A stretch of DNA of 64,000 nucleotides, taken from assembly GCA_030765235.1 (NCBI GenBank), contig JAVCCW010000010.1, forward strand, positions 30,907 through 94,906, given 5' to 3'. Positions within the stretch are counted from its first letter, which is position 1; every line of letters starts with the position of its first letter. Positions 9,787 to 19,412 of the stretch are shown here, piece by piece. The notes beneath the pieces are model-generated. The model was not told the DNA's origin. It did no database searches and worked only from the letters and a program-made list of their open reading frames with translations. The stretch comes from Candidatus Gorgyraea atricola. Lineage in GTDB: Bacteria; Omnitrophota; Gorgyraeia; Gorgyraeales; Gorgyraeaceae. A program made the position numbers and the translations under genes.

Positions 9787-9802
9787 CGATGAAAAGCCGA
9801 CG

Positions 9803-11260
9803 CTAATCGCCTTTATCGGCCTTTCTTATTGTCTTCCCCATGATTTCAGAAAACTCATCCTCCAGCACAAAAAAAGGAGCTACGTTGCACCCGGTAAAAC
9901 TCTTTACCTTATCTATTGCCTCAATATCCTTGGGATTTAACATAGCAAGGCTTACTACGTTCTTTTCCTTCTTAACTGGAATTACCCCATAATTCTTGAT
10001 CAAATCAATAGGTATCTTGCTTATAACTGCTTTTAATTCTCCATTCTGCTCTAATCTTCTTACATCAAAATGCGGGACATTCAACTGTGACTCCAGGGCC
10101 CTTGCTATGTCGCCTGAACTCGCCAAGCCAAGACCTACAATGCTCTGACCGATCTTCTGGCCTGTTGACCAATGTTTACTTAAAGCTGCCTCGAGCTGCT
10201 GAGAAGTCAAAACATGTGATTCAACCAGTATCTGGCCCAATGGCTTGTGCCTGAATTCAGGCACCACCTTAGAGGCCTTTTCAGAGACAATAGACTGATG
10301 CGAAGCTAAAAACTCTTTCTTCATCATGGTCCTGCGATTTACAAGAAAATTACTTCCAGGCAAGGCCTTCAGGTATCCCTTTATCTCAGCGATTATCTCC
10401 ATGAGCTCCACGATATTTTGAAATCCATAATCTTTATTATTAGCTATTGCCACAGAAAGGCTCATGAGCGGTGTATTTGTTATGTTGCCCCTTCTATCCT
10501 TTGAAATGATATGGCCCAGACCCCTGTCTTCTTTGGTGTAATGAAAAGGCATAAGCCTGTTAAAGCTCAATATGGACTCCGATGCTATTAATCTGTCGCG
10601 CTCAGGCGTGGTCACCACTACAAAATCATCGCCTCCAATATGCCCCACAAAGTCATCCTTGTTCCCGTATTTCTTAACTGTCCTTGAAACAATATGGGCA
10701 GTCTGGCGAATAACCGCATCGCCCTTCATGTAGTTATATTTGTCATTAAAGGATTTGAAGTTATCAATGTCGTAATACGCGACAGAAAAAATCGCGTCCT
10801 CTTCGATCTTTGACTGGATAACCTTTTCTATGCGTCTATTTCCAGGGAGCCTTGTGAGCGCGTTCGCGTGCAGCTGGTGCGTAGTCCTGCGCAGCGCCAT
10901 TTCCATCCTGACCTCCAGGTCAATAGGATCAGGTGGGTTCGCGATATAATCGTCCACGCCCTGCTCTATCTCGAGCATGCGCTTGCGTATCTGTTTTTTA
11001 TCAATGAGTATTATTACCGGTATGTGTGCGGTAAGAAAATCTTCTTTCAAGACCTTTGAGACCTCGAAACCGTCTATCTTCGGAATATTGCAGTCTATAA
11101 TAATAATATCAGGGTGCGCTCGCCGAACCAGCTCAAGCACAGATGCCCCATCTGAAGCAATAATAACTTCGTAATCCCAAGCATTTAAAAGATAAACAAG
11201 TATATCTACTATCTTTTGCTCATGCTCTGCTAACAATACCTTTTTATTCAGTCCGTTCAT
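9803..11260 (-). CDS. Response-regulator diguanylate cyclase with C-terminal MshEN/GspE-N domain
   Basis: REC (IIIDCNIP..DG), NALTRLPGN, DIDNFKSFND, HIGGDDF, PLGQILV..LEAAL..KIGQ, AMLNP; start MNGLN. Confidence 0.88.
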   Translation of the reverse strand: MNGLNKKVLLAEHEQKIVDILVYLLNAWDYEVIIASDGASVLELVRRAHPDIIIIDCNIPKIDGFEVSKVLKEDFLTAHIPVIILIDKKQIRKRMLEIEQGVDDYIANPPDPIDLEVRMEMALRRTTHQLHANALTRLPGNRRIEKVIQSKIEEDAIFSVAYYDIDNFKSFNDKYNYMKGDAVIRQTAHIVSRTVKKYGNKDDFVGHIGGDDFVVVTTPERDRLIASESILSFNRLMPFHYTKEDRGLGHIISKDRRGNITNTPLMSLSVAIANNKDYGFQNIVELMEIIAEIKGYLKALPGSNFLVNRRTMMKKEFLASHQSIVSEKASKVVPEFRHKPLGQILVESHVLTSQQLEAALSKHWSTGQKIGQSIVGLGLASSGDIARALESQLNVPHFDVRRLEQNGELKAVISKIPIDLIKNYGVIPVKKEKNVVSLAMLNPKDIEAIDKVKSFTGCNVAPFFVLEDEFSEIMGKTIRKADKGD

Positions 11261-11266
11261 AAGATC

Positions 11267-11295
11267 ATTATAACGTACAATATTTCCAAGGTCAA
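11267..11295 (-). promoter_or_regulatory. Sigma-70 promoter, leaderless transcript of the cyclase
   Basis: TTGACC-17 nt-TATAAT-6 nt-ATG. Confidence 0.75.
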
Positions 11296-11298
11296 CAT

Positions 11299-12438
11299 TT
11301 ACCCCACCCAAAAATAATTTACATGCCTGGCTATGAAAAATCCCTGCAGCAGAAAAAATGTAACTAATAACAAAAAGAATCTTTTCTGTCTTTTTTCAAT
11401 ATTAAAATTCATGCCTAAAAACAGATACACTGGAAAGGCTATGGATAAATAGCGCATGTATGACATCATATTGCTGGTCAGGGCTGGTAAAAAACCTACT
11501 AAAAATGCATACAAAAATAAAGAAAATCGCTGCTTTTTAAATGTAAAAAACAGGACTGCGGTAAACAACAAAAACGCGATCCTGTCAACTATAGAGGTCG
11601 TATATCCATGAAGCGTAAAATCAGTCTTAAAAAAATTATTGTATAGGGTCACGAGTGGGTTCAATAGATTAGAAACACTATGCCTTGCGATGTAAATCCT
11701 CTGCGAGTCAAGCCATTCAAAGGCATTGCCTGTTGTAAAATGGAAAAATGCCAATAGCGCCATAAATCCAAGCACAGGAGATAATAGATACAAAATATTT
11801 GGCCTTATTTTAGTCTTGTTATTCTCGAAATATATTACTACAAATACCAACGCAATGGACAAACCTGTCAGCCTTGTCAGCGGCAAAAATAAGGCACATA
11901 ATGCCGCCGGGAGATACTTTTTAGCAAAGGCATAATAGAAAAACATCATTATAAGCATGAAAAACAGGGCCTCTGAATATATGATGGAAAAATAAAACGC
12001 GGTTGGAAACGCCAAAAGGATCAACAAGCTCGCCTTGGCAACAGCAAGGCTAAAGTGTCTGCAGGCAAAATAATAAAAATACATCATACCGATAAGCGAA
12101 AATATGCTAGAGAGCAGGATGCCGCACATGACAGCGTCGCCTTTAAAAACAGGCAGGAAGATCTTTATTAAAACAGGGAATAGCGGAAATAGTACATTGA
12201 ATTTATTGTGGCCTTCTGTGTAGCCATTTTTGGCAATATACAAAAAATTATAACTATCCCACGTCTTAAAAGGCGAACGACTGTTCAAGGCCTCGTCATC
12301 CGAAAGAACTGTATTTTCCTGGTATGAGGCCTCGTAAAACGGCATCATCTCATATGCAAGAGGTATAAAAATGGTGAGCAAAAATAACTTATATACAACA
12401 AGAAAGATTATCAGATTCCTTTTATTTAGCATAATCAT
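11299..12438 (-). CDS. GT-C membrane glycosyltransferase (PIG-V/mannosyltransferase-like)
   Basis: WDSYNF..IAKNGY, FPLFP, YSEALF, SYMRY; multi-TM. Confidence 0.8.
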   Translation of the reverse strand: MIMLNKRNLIIFLVVYKLFLLTIFIPLAYEMMPFYEASYQENTVLSDDEALNSRSPFKTWDSYNFLYIAKNGYTEGHNKFNVLFPLFPVLIKIFLPVFKGDAVMCGILLSSIFSLIGMMYFYYFACRHFSLAVAKASLLILLAFPTAFYFSIIYSEALFFMLIMMFFYYAFAKKYLPAALCALFLPLTRLTGLSIALVFVVIYFENNKTKIRPNILYLLSPVLGFMALLAFFHFTTGNAFEWLDSQRIYIARHSVSNLLNPLVTLYNNFFKTDFTLHGYTTSIVDRIAFLLFTAVLFFTFKKQRFSLFLYAFLVGFLPALTSNMMSYMRYLSIAFPVYLFLGMNFNIEKRQKRFFLLLVTFFLLQGFFIARHVNYFWVG

Positions 12439-12441
12439 CTC

Positions 12442-13305
12442 CTATGTATGAATATCTTTTATTTCGACCGATGTATGGCCGAATTCTTGAAGCCTATTCG
12501 TTTTGATTTTTACGTCACAGGGATTACAGTGACCAAATCTATCACACGACCTAAAGACATCTTCCAATTGAAACTCAGTATCCAATATACTCTCTGTTGA
12601 CTCACGGCATTCATATAGGTCACTATGACATCTATGCACTCCTCCAGTGGGCCCGATGATAAATTCAGTGGTCTTACAAAGACACTTTTTTTTGAATTTT
12701 CTATTCACTGCCATTTCGTATTTATATGTGCCGAACAAAGAATCCTCGTAGTCTCCTAAAAATTCTTTTGTTCTGAAATCTATGCCTATTGTCCTTGCCT
12801 TGTCCTGGGCCCTTAAAATAATATCCTTATACGCTGGATGTGTGACTCCCCACATGCCAATACTAAACCCGGCATCCTGCATCTTTAAAACCTTCGCAAG
12901 GGTCTCGTCTAAACGCATCACCTCTGGATGGAAGCTCACCCTGATAGATGCATAAGGCGAGTCTCTTTTGAATCTCTCAGGCTTTACTGATCTAGTGAAT
13001 TCATCCACGTCAAACTGTATGTTTGTAAGCATGTCTAATTTTAGCTCTGGCTTAAGATTATTGATAATATAAATAAAATCCCTGTGTAAACTCGGCTCTC
13101 CCCCTTGCAGTGTGATGGGTAAATCGTTTCGCAAGGCAATCCTGTTAAGCCCTCTTATCCAATCCTCTCCACTTATCAGCTTCTTGTTGAATCTGGCCTT
13201 TTTATTTTTGAAGTAATTTATGCAATAACTGCATCGGTAATTACAGTTGAGTGTTAAAAACAAGGCTATATAATTATAGGTTTTGGGGATAATTATATCT
13301 CTCAT
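12442..13305 (-). CDS. Radical SAM protein
   Basis: CNYRCSYC, GGEP, C-terminal Cys cluster. Confidence 0.88.
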   Translation of the reverse strand: MRDIIIPKTYNYIALFLTLNCNYRCSYCINYFKNKKARFNKKLISGEDWIRGLNRIALRNDLPITLQGGEPSLHRDFIYIINNLKPELKLDMLTNIQFDVDEFTRSVKPERFKRDSPYASIRVSFHPEVMRLDETLAKVLKMQDAGFSIGMWGVTHPAYKDIILRAQDKARTIGIDFRTKEFLGDYEDSLFGTYKYEMAVNRKFKKKCLCKTTEFIIGPTGGVHRCHSDLYECRESTESILDTEFQLEDVFRSCDRFGHCNPCDVKIKTNRLQEFGHTSVEIKDIHT

Positions 13306-13306
13306 T

Positions 13307-15556
13307 TTAAGTCTGCGTTCTGTTCTCTTCAGGCTTAAACCTGTACAGGTAATAATTCAAGGAAAACCATACAAATACCGAGATCAATATATAAATCCAG
13401 AATAGGATAGGATATATTGTCTTAAACTCAAACACAACTCTATGTTTACCAACGGGGAGCTGAATTGCCTGAAATGCGTAATTGGCCCTGTAGATTTTTG
13501 CTGGCACACCGTCGATAGTGGCCTTCCATCCCCTATGGAAATTCTCTAATCTCGTTAAGAATCCATCTGCTGGAACATCTATTACTATATCTATTCTGTT
13601 AGGATCATCCCTTTTTATGATAGCCATGGCATCGGGCCCTAAAAAATACTTTGCCTTCCTCTTGTCAGGGACATCGAAATCAATCTCGTTTTCCTGAAAA
13701 AAAACTCGTAGAGTTTTCTGCTCTTCATCTATAAAATCTCTAAATATCTCCTTTATCATCTCATCTTTTTGCATGTTAGAACCAAAAACCCTCGCATTAT
13801 TAGTGAAGAACATAGTAGGCATGCCAACACCAAATGCCAATTCATGCCTTGACCCCTGCCTAAGCATTCTTAACATATCATGGAGACGCGTATTTCTTAA
13901 GAATATAAGATTTTCCCTTCGACTAGTCAGGCTCGCTTCCTTAAAGTATAAAGGAAAAAAATCGAAGGGCATTGCTGGCGATTGCCTTGCAAAAAGGCCT
14001 CTTTCAAGCGGATAGATTACAGGAGCAGGGGGTGATAGATTATCATAGGGGCGCGTGACAAATCTGGAAGGGGCATAAGATGATAATGCGATATTAAAAA
14101 AGCAAATATCTAATATTAAAATTAAAAAAAACAGTAAATATGCTGTTCTTACTGCCAGGACCCTATTTTTGAAAATCTTTAGCAGCATAAGCGAAAGTAC
14201 TATTACTATGCAACTTGATAAAATCAATACCCTGCCTATATTATCCTTCGCGGCCAAAAATAATACCAGGCCAGCTATAATAGTAATAAGGGGTATTTTA
14301 AATTTAGATTTTTCAGATAAGATCGCTTTCAGGCCAAATCCTGATGTACAAATTAAAAGAAAAGAGACGAGCTGGGAAAACATGAACGTATGCCGCATCA
14401 TGTTAAATCCTGGCACATGTTTAACTAAGGAGGGGAACACAAAAAACTCCTTCCCTGCTCCAACCGAAGCAGTGAATATAGCTGTAATAAAAAATGGCCA
14501 TACCAATTTATCTTTTGATCTAAGTAGAGCTATGGGTATAAGGATAAGCAGGATGATGCCAAAATAGAAGCCGTGATGAATAATGCTGTGAGTTTGACTG
14601 TCTTCAAATATCCTGTCTATAAGCAACCTATAATCTGAAAAAGAGGCATTAACCCTTGGTTGAGTACCATCTTGTTCTATAGAAAGGGCCGCGCCTGGGG
14701 CAAATGCCCCCCTCGAAGGGGAAACGAAATTTTTCATCTCGGAATTGAGAAAAATCAATGGCCCTGCCGCTAAAACTGCTATAAAAACAGCAAGGATAAT
14801 CAATTTATAATGCTGCCTCACAATCTGATAAACTATTTTAAGGTATGATAAATTAAACAGGAAAATTACAGCAACAAAGAAAAAAGAAACCAGAAAAATA
14901 TAAAGAGGAATATAGATATTCCACGACAAGCTGGTGTATATAATCGCGAGGGCTATACCATAAGGAGATTTATTTTTGATGGAGCTTACCAGGCCAAAAA
15001 GAATATAAGGGAAGAAATATAATAAAGCTATCCCTGCAGGCTGCCCCATATTCACATAAAAACAACCACTTAGTAAAAGAGATAAAAAACAAAAGAACGC
15101 AATCCTGAAATCATCAAAGAGCACATGAAATAATAAATATGCGCCGATACAGAAATTAAGAAATAAAAAAATCCAATATTGGTTAAAAAGGGTGTGGTCG
15201 TCTATTCTTATAAATTGGCTTAATAAAGAAAAAAATACATAGGGGGCCTTAAAACAACTGTTCGAAAAAAGATAGATAGGCTCACCCGCGTTCATGAACG
15301 GATTCCAGCCAGGATAAAATCCAGCATGAATCCACTGTTTTACTATGCGAAAGAAAATCTCGCCATTCCAGAAAGTATCATGATATGTGCTGGCTTTACC
15401 GAGAAAGAAATCTCTATAAAAAAACAGGAATAAAAATACGGCAGATCCTGCCAGGAAGGCCTTAGAAATAGATTTTGTAAACAAAAATACAGGAAGCAGG
15501 CAAAAAAACAATATTACCGCAAAATATACAAACGGCTGTACATTGACATCTAACAT
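13307..15556 (-). CDS. YfhO-family GT-C membrane protein
   Basis: WNPFMNAGEP, many TMs, GWKATIDG..RANYAFQAI.LPVGKH. Confidence 0.82.
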   Translation of the reverse strand: MLDVNVQPFVYFAVILFFCLLPVFLFTKSISKAFLAGSAVFLFLFFYRDFFLGKASTYHDTFWNGEIFFRIVKQWIHAGFYPGWNPFMNAGEPIYLFSNSCFKAPYVFFSLLSQFIRIDDHTLFNQYWIFLFLNFCIGAYLLFHVLFDDFRIAFFCFLSLLLSGCFYVNMGQPAGIALLYFFPYILFGLVSSIKNKSPYGIALAIIYTSLSWNIYIPLYIFLVSFFFVAVIFLFNLSYLKIVYQIVRQHYKLIILAVFIAVLAAGPLIFLNSEMKNFVSPSRGAFAPGAALSIEQDGTQPRVNASFSDYRLLIDRIFEDSQTHSIIHHGFYFGIILLILIPIALLRSKDKLVWPFFITAIFTASVGAGKEFFVFPSLVKHVPGFNMMRHTFMFSQLVSFLLICTSGFGLKAILSEKSKFKIPLITIIAGLVLFLAAKDNIGRVLILSSCIVIVLSLMLLKIFKNRVLAVRTAYLLFFLILILDICFFNIALSSYAPSRFVTRPYDNLSPPAPVIYPLERGLFARQSPAMPFDFFPLYFKEASLTSRRENLIFLRNTRLHDMLRMLRQGSRHELAFGVGMPTMFFTNNARVFGSNMQKDEMIKEIFRDFIDEEQKTLRVFFQENEIDFDVPDKRKAKYFLGPDAMAIIKRDDPNRIDIVIDVPADGFLTRLENFHRGWKATIDGVPAKIYRANYAFQAIQLPVGKHRVVFEFKTIYPILFWIYILISVFVWFSLNYYLYRFKPEENRTQT

Positions 15557-15572
15557 TATGGCTGTCCTTGCA

Positions 15573-16031
15573 TTAGTCTACGCCAGCATAAAAAGAAAAT
15601 CGCGAATGTCCAAGATAGCTTATTATAGCACACATAATCATCACAATCGCCGCAGCGATTCTTGGAGAGATATATAGAATTTCCACAAAAAATGGCAAAA
15701 GGATCAGGCTCGATAAAAAAGTGACAACATACGTCATGCAAAATTTAAAAAACTCCGTTATTATCCTCCAACCTCTCACTCTTGACTTGAAGGTTATATA
15801 TTTATGAAAAATAAAGGCGTTGATAATCGCTATGAATGCCCCTAAAATCATGGCAGACATATAAGAAGTGTGTCTAACTTTAAATATATGTAAAAAAACC
15901 GCATAGAGAATCAGAAAAACTCCATATCCAAAAATTGTATTCCAAATCCCTACGATTATAAACTTTGTCTGTACTTTGTATTTACTTATGATAGTTTTTA
16001 TAATATTTGTCACGCTCTTAATGTTCATCAA
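15573..16031 (-). CDS. GtrA-family flippase
   Basis: KFIIVGIWNT, four TMs, HKYITF. Confidence 0.85.
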   Translation of the reverse strand: MMNIKSVTNIIKTIISKYKVQTKFIIVGIWNTIFGYGVFLILYAVFLHIFKVRHTSYMSAMILGAFIAIINAFIFHKYITFKSRVRGWRIITEFFKFCMTYVVTFLSSLILLPFFVEILYISPRIAAAIVMIMCAIISYLGHSRFSFYAGVD

Positions 16032-16960
16032 AAATTAATCTTCTCTTTAATAACGACGAAAGGCTTCTTGCGAACCTGGGAATGAATAGCGCCGATATAT
16101 TCGCCGATAACGCCTAAGAAAAAAAGCTGGATTCCAAAAAACATTAAAAGCAGCGTGATAACACCTGCAACTGCTGGTATCTGGGCCTGCCAAATAGTAA
16201 ATTTCAAAATCAGATATATCATACATGCCAAAAAACTCAATGATGCCAGGCCCAGCCCTATATATGTGCTCAGCCTTATCGGAACAATAGAATAACTAAT
16301 TACTGCATTAATCGCAAAATCAACGAGATACTTAAAGCTGCTCTTTGAAACCCCTTTAGGCCTGGCCTTCCTTTTATAAGGAACACCGATTTGCTTAAAA
16401 CCAATGGAGGATATTAATCCCCTGATATATGGTTTATAATCGTCCAGTTTAAGAAGTTCATTAACTATTTTCCGGTCTACTAGGCGAAATCCACCAGCAT
16501 CCAGAGGCAGCTTTTCATCTGATAACGCATTAACAATTCGATAAAATGTCTTGCGCATAAAAGACATGGGGAACATATCGCGAGTTTTCTTTCTGACTCC
16601 ATAAACTACATCGTATCCATCTTCCCAATATTTTACAAAAGTTGGGATGAGTTCTGGGGGGTCTTTCAGATTCGCCTCATAAGAAATTACCGCATCACCA
16701 ACGGCATACCTATAACCCATCATTCCACTTTTTATTGGTCCAAAATCCTTAGAATATACCAAAATCTTTACTCTTCTATCCTGCGAGGCTATCTCTTTTA
16801 AAATGAAAATTGTTTCATCAGTACTGCAGTTGTCCATAAAGATGTGTTCGTAATCATAGCTCTTCTCTAACCCTGCAAATACTTTTTTAATTACATGATA
16901 TACATCCCTTACTGTCTCAGCTTCATTACATACCGCGGTAACAACAGATATCTTTTTCAT
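16028..16960 (-). CDS. GT2 polyprenol-phosphate glycosyltransferase (GtrB-like)
   Basis: DNCSTD, DPPELI, GYDVVYGVR, FRLVDR, two C-terminal TMs, GEYI. Confidence 0.88.
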   Translation of the reverse strand: MKKISVVTAVCNEAETVRDVYHVIKKVFAGLEKSYDYEHIFMDNCSTDETIFILKEIASQDRRVKILVYSKDFGPIKSGMMGYRYAVGDAVISYEANLKDPPELIPTFVKYWEDGYDVVYGVRKKTRDMFPMSFMRKTFYRIVNALSDEKLPLDAGGFRLVDRKIVNELLKLDDYKPYIRGLISSIGFKQIGVPYKRKARPKGVSKSSFKYLVDFAINAVISYSIVPIRLSTYIGLGLASLSFLACMIYLILKFTIWQAQIPAVAGVITLLLMFFGIQLFFLGVIGEYIGAIHSQVRKKPFVVIKEKINF

Positions 16961-16974
16961 AATAACACCTCTCG

Positions 16975-18291
16975 TTATATCGGTTTCAACATCTTATCAA
17001 AAATACTACAAATAAATTCAATCTGCTCCTTCTTTATCCCAGGATAGACCCCTATCCAGAAAAGATTATCCATTACCATGTCTGTATTTTTTAAACTGCC
17101 ATGGATCCTGTATTTTATATTTTCATAGGCAGGATGTTTTATTAGATTTCCACCAAAAAGCATCCTTGTGGCAATCTTATTTTTTTCTAAATATTTCACT
17201 GTCTCATTTCGCGTAAATGGGGCATCTTTTTTTACTAAAACAGGGAAGCCAAACCAACTTGGGTCAGAATTTTTTGCTTCCAGGGGAAGAACAAAATACC
17301 TCTCATATTTTTTAAAAAAAGCGTATAAAAACTTAAAGTTTTCTTTCCTTGCCCTTATAAAACCAGGAAGTTTTTTTAACTGTGCCACGCCAATTGCAGC
17401 TTGCATATCAGTAATCTTCAAATTATAGCCAATATGTGAATAGATGTATTTATGGTCATAACCATCCGGCAATCCCCCAAACTGCTGAGAGAATCTTTTA
17501 CCACAGGTGTTATCGTGTCCTGGTTCACACCAACAATCTCTTCCCCAATCACGAAATGATAAAATTATCCGTTTCAACAGCAAATCATTAGTCAAGACCG
17601 CGCCTCCTTCACCCATCGTTATGTGATGCGATGGATAAAAACTACATGTAGCAATATGTCCAAACGCCCCTGTATATTTTTTTCTGTATCTTGAACCCAT
17701 GCTATCGCAGTTATCCTCGATAAACCATAATTTATGCCTTTTTACTATCTTTAAAATCTTATCCATATCGGCAGGATTACCTAATGTATGGGCAATAAAA
17801 ATTGCCTTGGTCTTTTTGGAAATCGCCTTTTCGATTCTTTCTGCCTGGATGTTATAAGTCCCCAAATTTATATCTACAAAAACGGGAACTAACTTATTCT
17901 GCACAATGGGGTTGAGGGTGGTTGGAAATCCACAGGCAGTAGTAATTACTTCATCGCCTGGTTTTAATCGCCGCTCCTTTAATAGCGGTGAAGTCAAGCT
18001 AGAAACTGCCAGTAAATTCGCAGAAGAACCTGAGTTTGTAAGTATACAATATTTTATGCCTAAAAATTCTGAAAATTCTCTTTGAAATTGCTTGGCAAAT
18101 CTACCGGAAGTCAACCAAAAATCAAGCGAGGCATCTACTAAATTTGTCAATTCTTTTTCATCGTAAATGCGGCCCGCATAATTAATTAAAGTTTTTCCGG
18201 GTATAAACCTTGCCTCCTTTTCTCTGTATCTAAAGAGTTTGACAACTTTTTTAAAGACCTCCTGCCTTATTTTTCTCCGTGTCTTCGTCAT
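16975..18291 (-). CDS. rfbH: CDP-4-keto-6-deoxyglucose 3-dehydrase (E1, DdhC)
   Basis: [27 protein letters not shown] (His in place of Lys), WGRDCWC..DNTC, YDHKY. Confidence 0.92.
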   Translation of the reverse strand: MTKTRRKIRQEVFKKVVKLFRYREKEARFIPGKTLINYAGRIYDEKELTNLVDASLDFWLTSGRFAKQFQREFSEFLGIKYCILTNSGSSANLLAVSSLTSPLLKERRLKPGDEVITTACGFPTTLNPIVQNKLVPVFVDINLGTYNIQAERIEKAISKKTKAIFIAHTLGNPADMDKILKIVKRHKLWFIEDNCDSMGSRYRKKYTGAFGHIATCSFYPSHHITMGEGGAVLTNDLLLKRIILSFRDWGRDCWCEPGHDNTCGKRFSQQFGGLPDGYDHKYIYSHIGYNLKITDMQAAIGVAQLKKLPGFIRARKENFKFLYAFFKKYERYFVLPLEAKNSDPSWFGFPVLVKKDAPFTRNETVKYLEKNKIATRMLFGGNLIKHPAYENIKYRIHGSLKNTDMVMDNLFWIGVYPGIKKEQIEFICSIFDKMLKPI

Positions 18292-18315
18292 ATATAAATT
18301 TACACCGTGTATGCT

Positions 18316-19386
18316 CTAATCAATAAAATCCTCACTTGTAAATACTTCAGTATAAGGTACTGGGAGCGGTTTACCGTAGATTTTTTTCACCGCATAGTCA
18401 TTAATAAATTTTCTGTCCTCTGCAATAAGACAAGTGTCAGCATATTTTCCAAAATATTTAACCTTCATGCCTCTTTCAATAATGTCTTTTAATGGTTCTT
18501 CAAAAAAGTTTCCAAGAGAAACATGAATATATGGACAGGGCATTACGTCGCCATACTTTGTAATAGACACCATTCTTTTAACTGATATGCATCCTAAATT
18601 AAGGCCATACGATGGGGTTAAATGTGTAAACACATTATACTTTTTCTCGAGTTCTCCCATATAATCCATGTCATCCTTATCGACAAGAACATCAAAATTC
18701 CCTTCCCATGATCCAACAGGCTTTGCATATGTTACAAATACTCCTACTCCTTTTCCGTTCAGAAATTCCAAAAATTCAATGAACTCTTGTGATCTAACCC
18801 TTTGCTTTGTAACTACAGTTTGTATGATAATATTTAATCCTGCGCCCAAGGCCGCATCAACAGCTCTTACGGCTCTTTCTTGCGAACCCGCCTTGCGTCT
18901 AAATGCATCATGTTCCGCCGCCGACATGCTATCAATGCTCAACTGAATTTTGTCAACGCCTATACTTTTTAGATGTTTTGCTTTTTCTGAATCCAAAAAC
19001 CAGCCATTGGTATCCGAAACTATCCAAAATTTCTGCGGGTCGATAGCCTTAACTATATCATCAAAATCCGGAAATACTAATGGTTCGCCGCCTGTAATTA
19101 CAATTTGCGCAAGCCCCATTTCGTCCGCTTGCCGTGAAAGTTCCCTTACATCATCAGGCGTAAAAAACCTTCCTTCCTTTTTCCCCTGAAATCTTTTCGT
19201 TGAACAGTGTATGCAAGAAAAATTACACCTATAATCGTATTGGAATTGAATTATAGCTATGCTCTCTCCATTTTTAACCTTTTCATCAAATTTCATGATT
19301 TTTTCATAGACATACGGTTTTTCTTCTTTTAGTGAGGCCCTTTTTTTTATTTCATTTAGTTTTAATTGTCCTTGTTGGCCTGGCAT
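18316..19386 (-). CDS. Radical SAM/SPASM-twitch protein
   Basis: CNFSCIHC, TGGEP, C..GDVMPCPY. Confidence 0.88.
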   Translation of the reverse strand: MPGQQGQLKLNEIKKRASLKEEKPYVYEKIMKFDEKVKNGESIAIIQFQYDYRCNFSCIHCSTKRFQGKKEGRFFTPDDVRELSRQADEMGLAQIVITGGEPLVFPDFDDIVKAIDPQKFWIVSDTNGWFLDSEKAKHLKSIGVDKIQLSIDSMSAAEHDAFRRKAGSQERAVRAVDAALGAGLNIIIQTVVTKQRVRSQEFIEFLEFLNGKGVGVFVTYAKPVGSWEGNFDVLVDKDDMDYMGELEKKYNVFTHLTPSYGLNLGCISVKRMVSITKYGDVMPCPYIHVSLGNFFEEPLKDIIERGMKVKYFGKYADTCLIAEDRKFINDYAVKKIYGKPLPVPYTEVFTSEDFID

Positions 19387-19412
19387 AATATTTATCTCCT
19401 TGTATCGCTATG

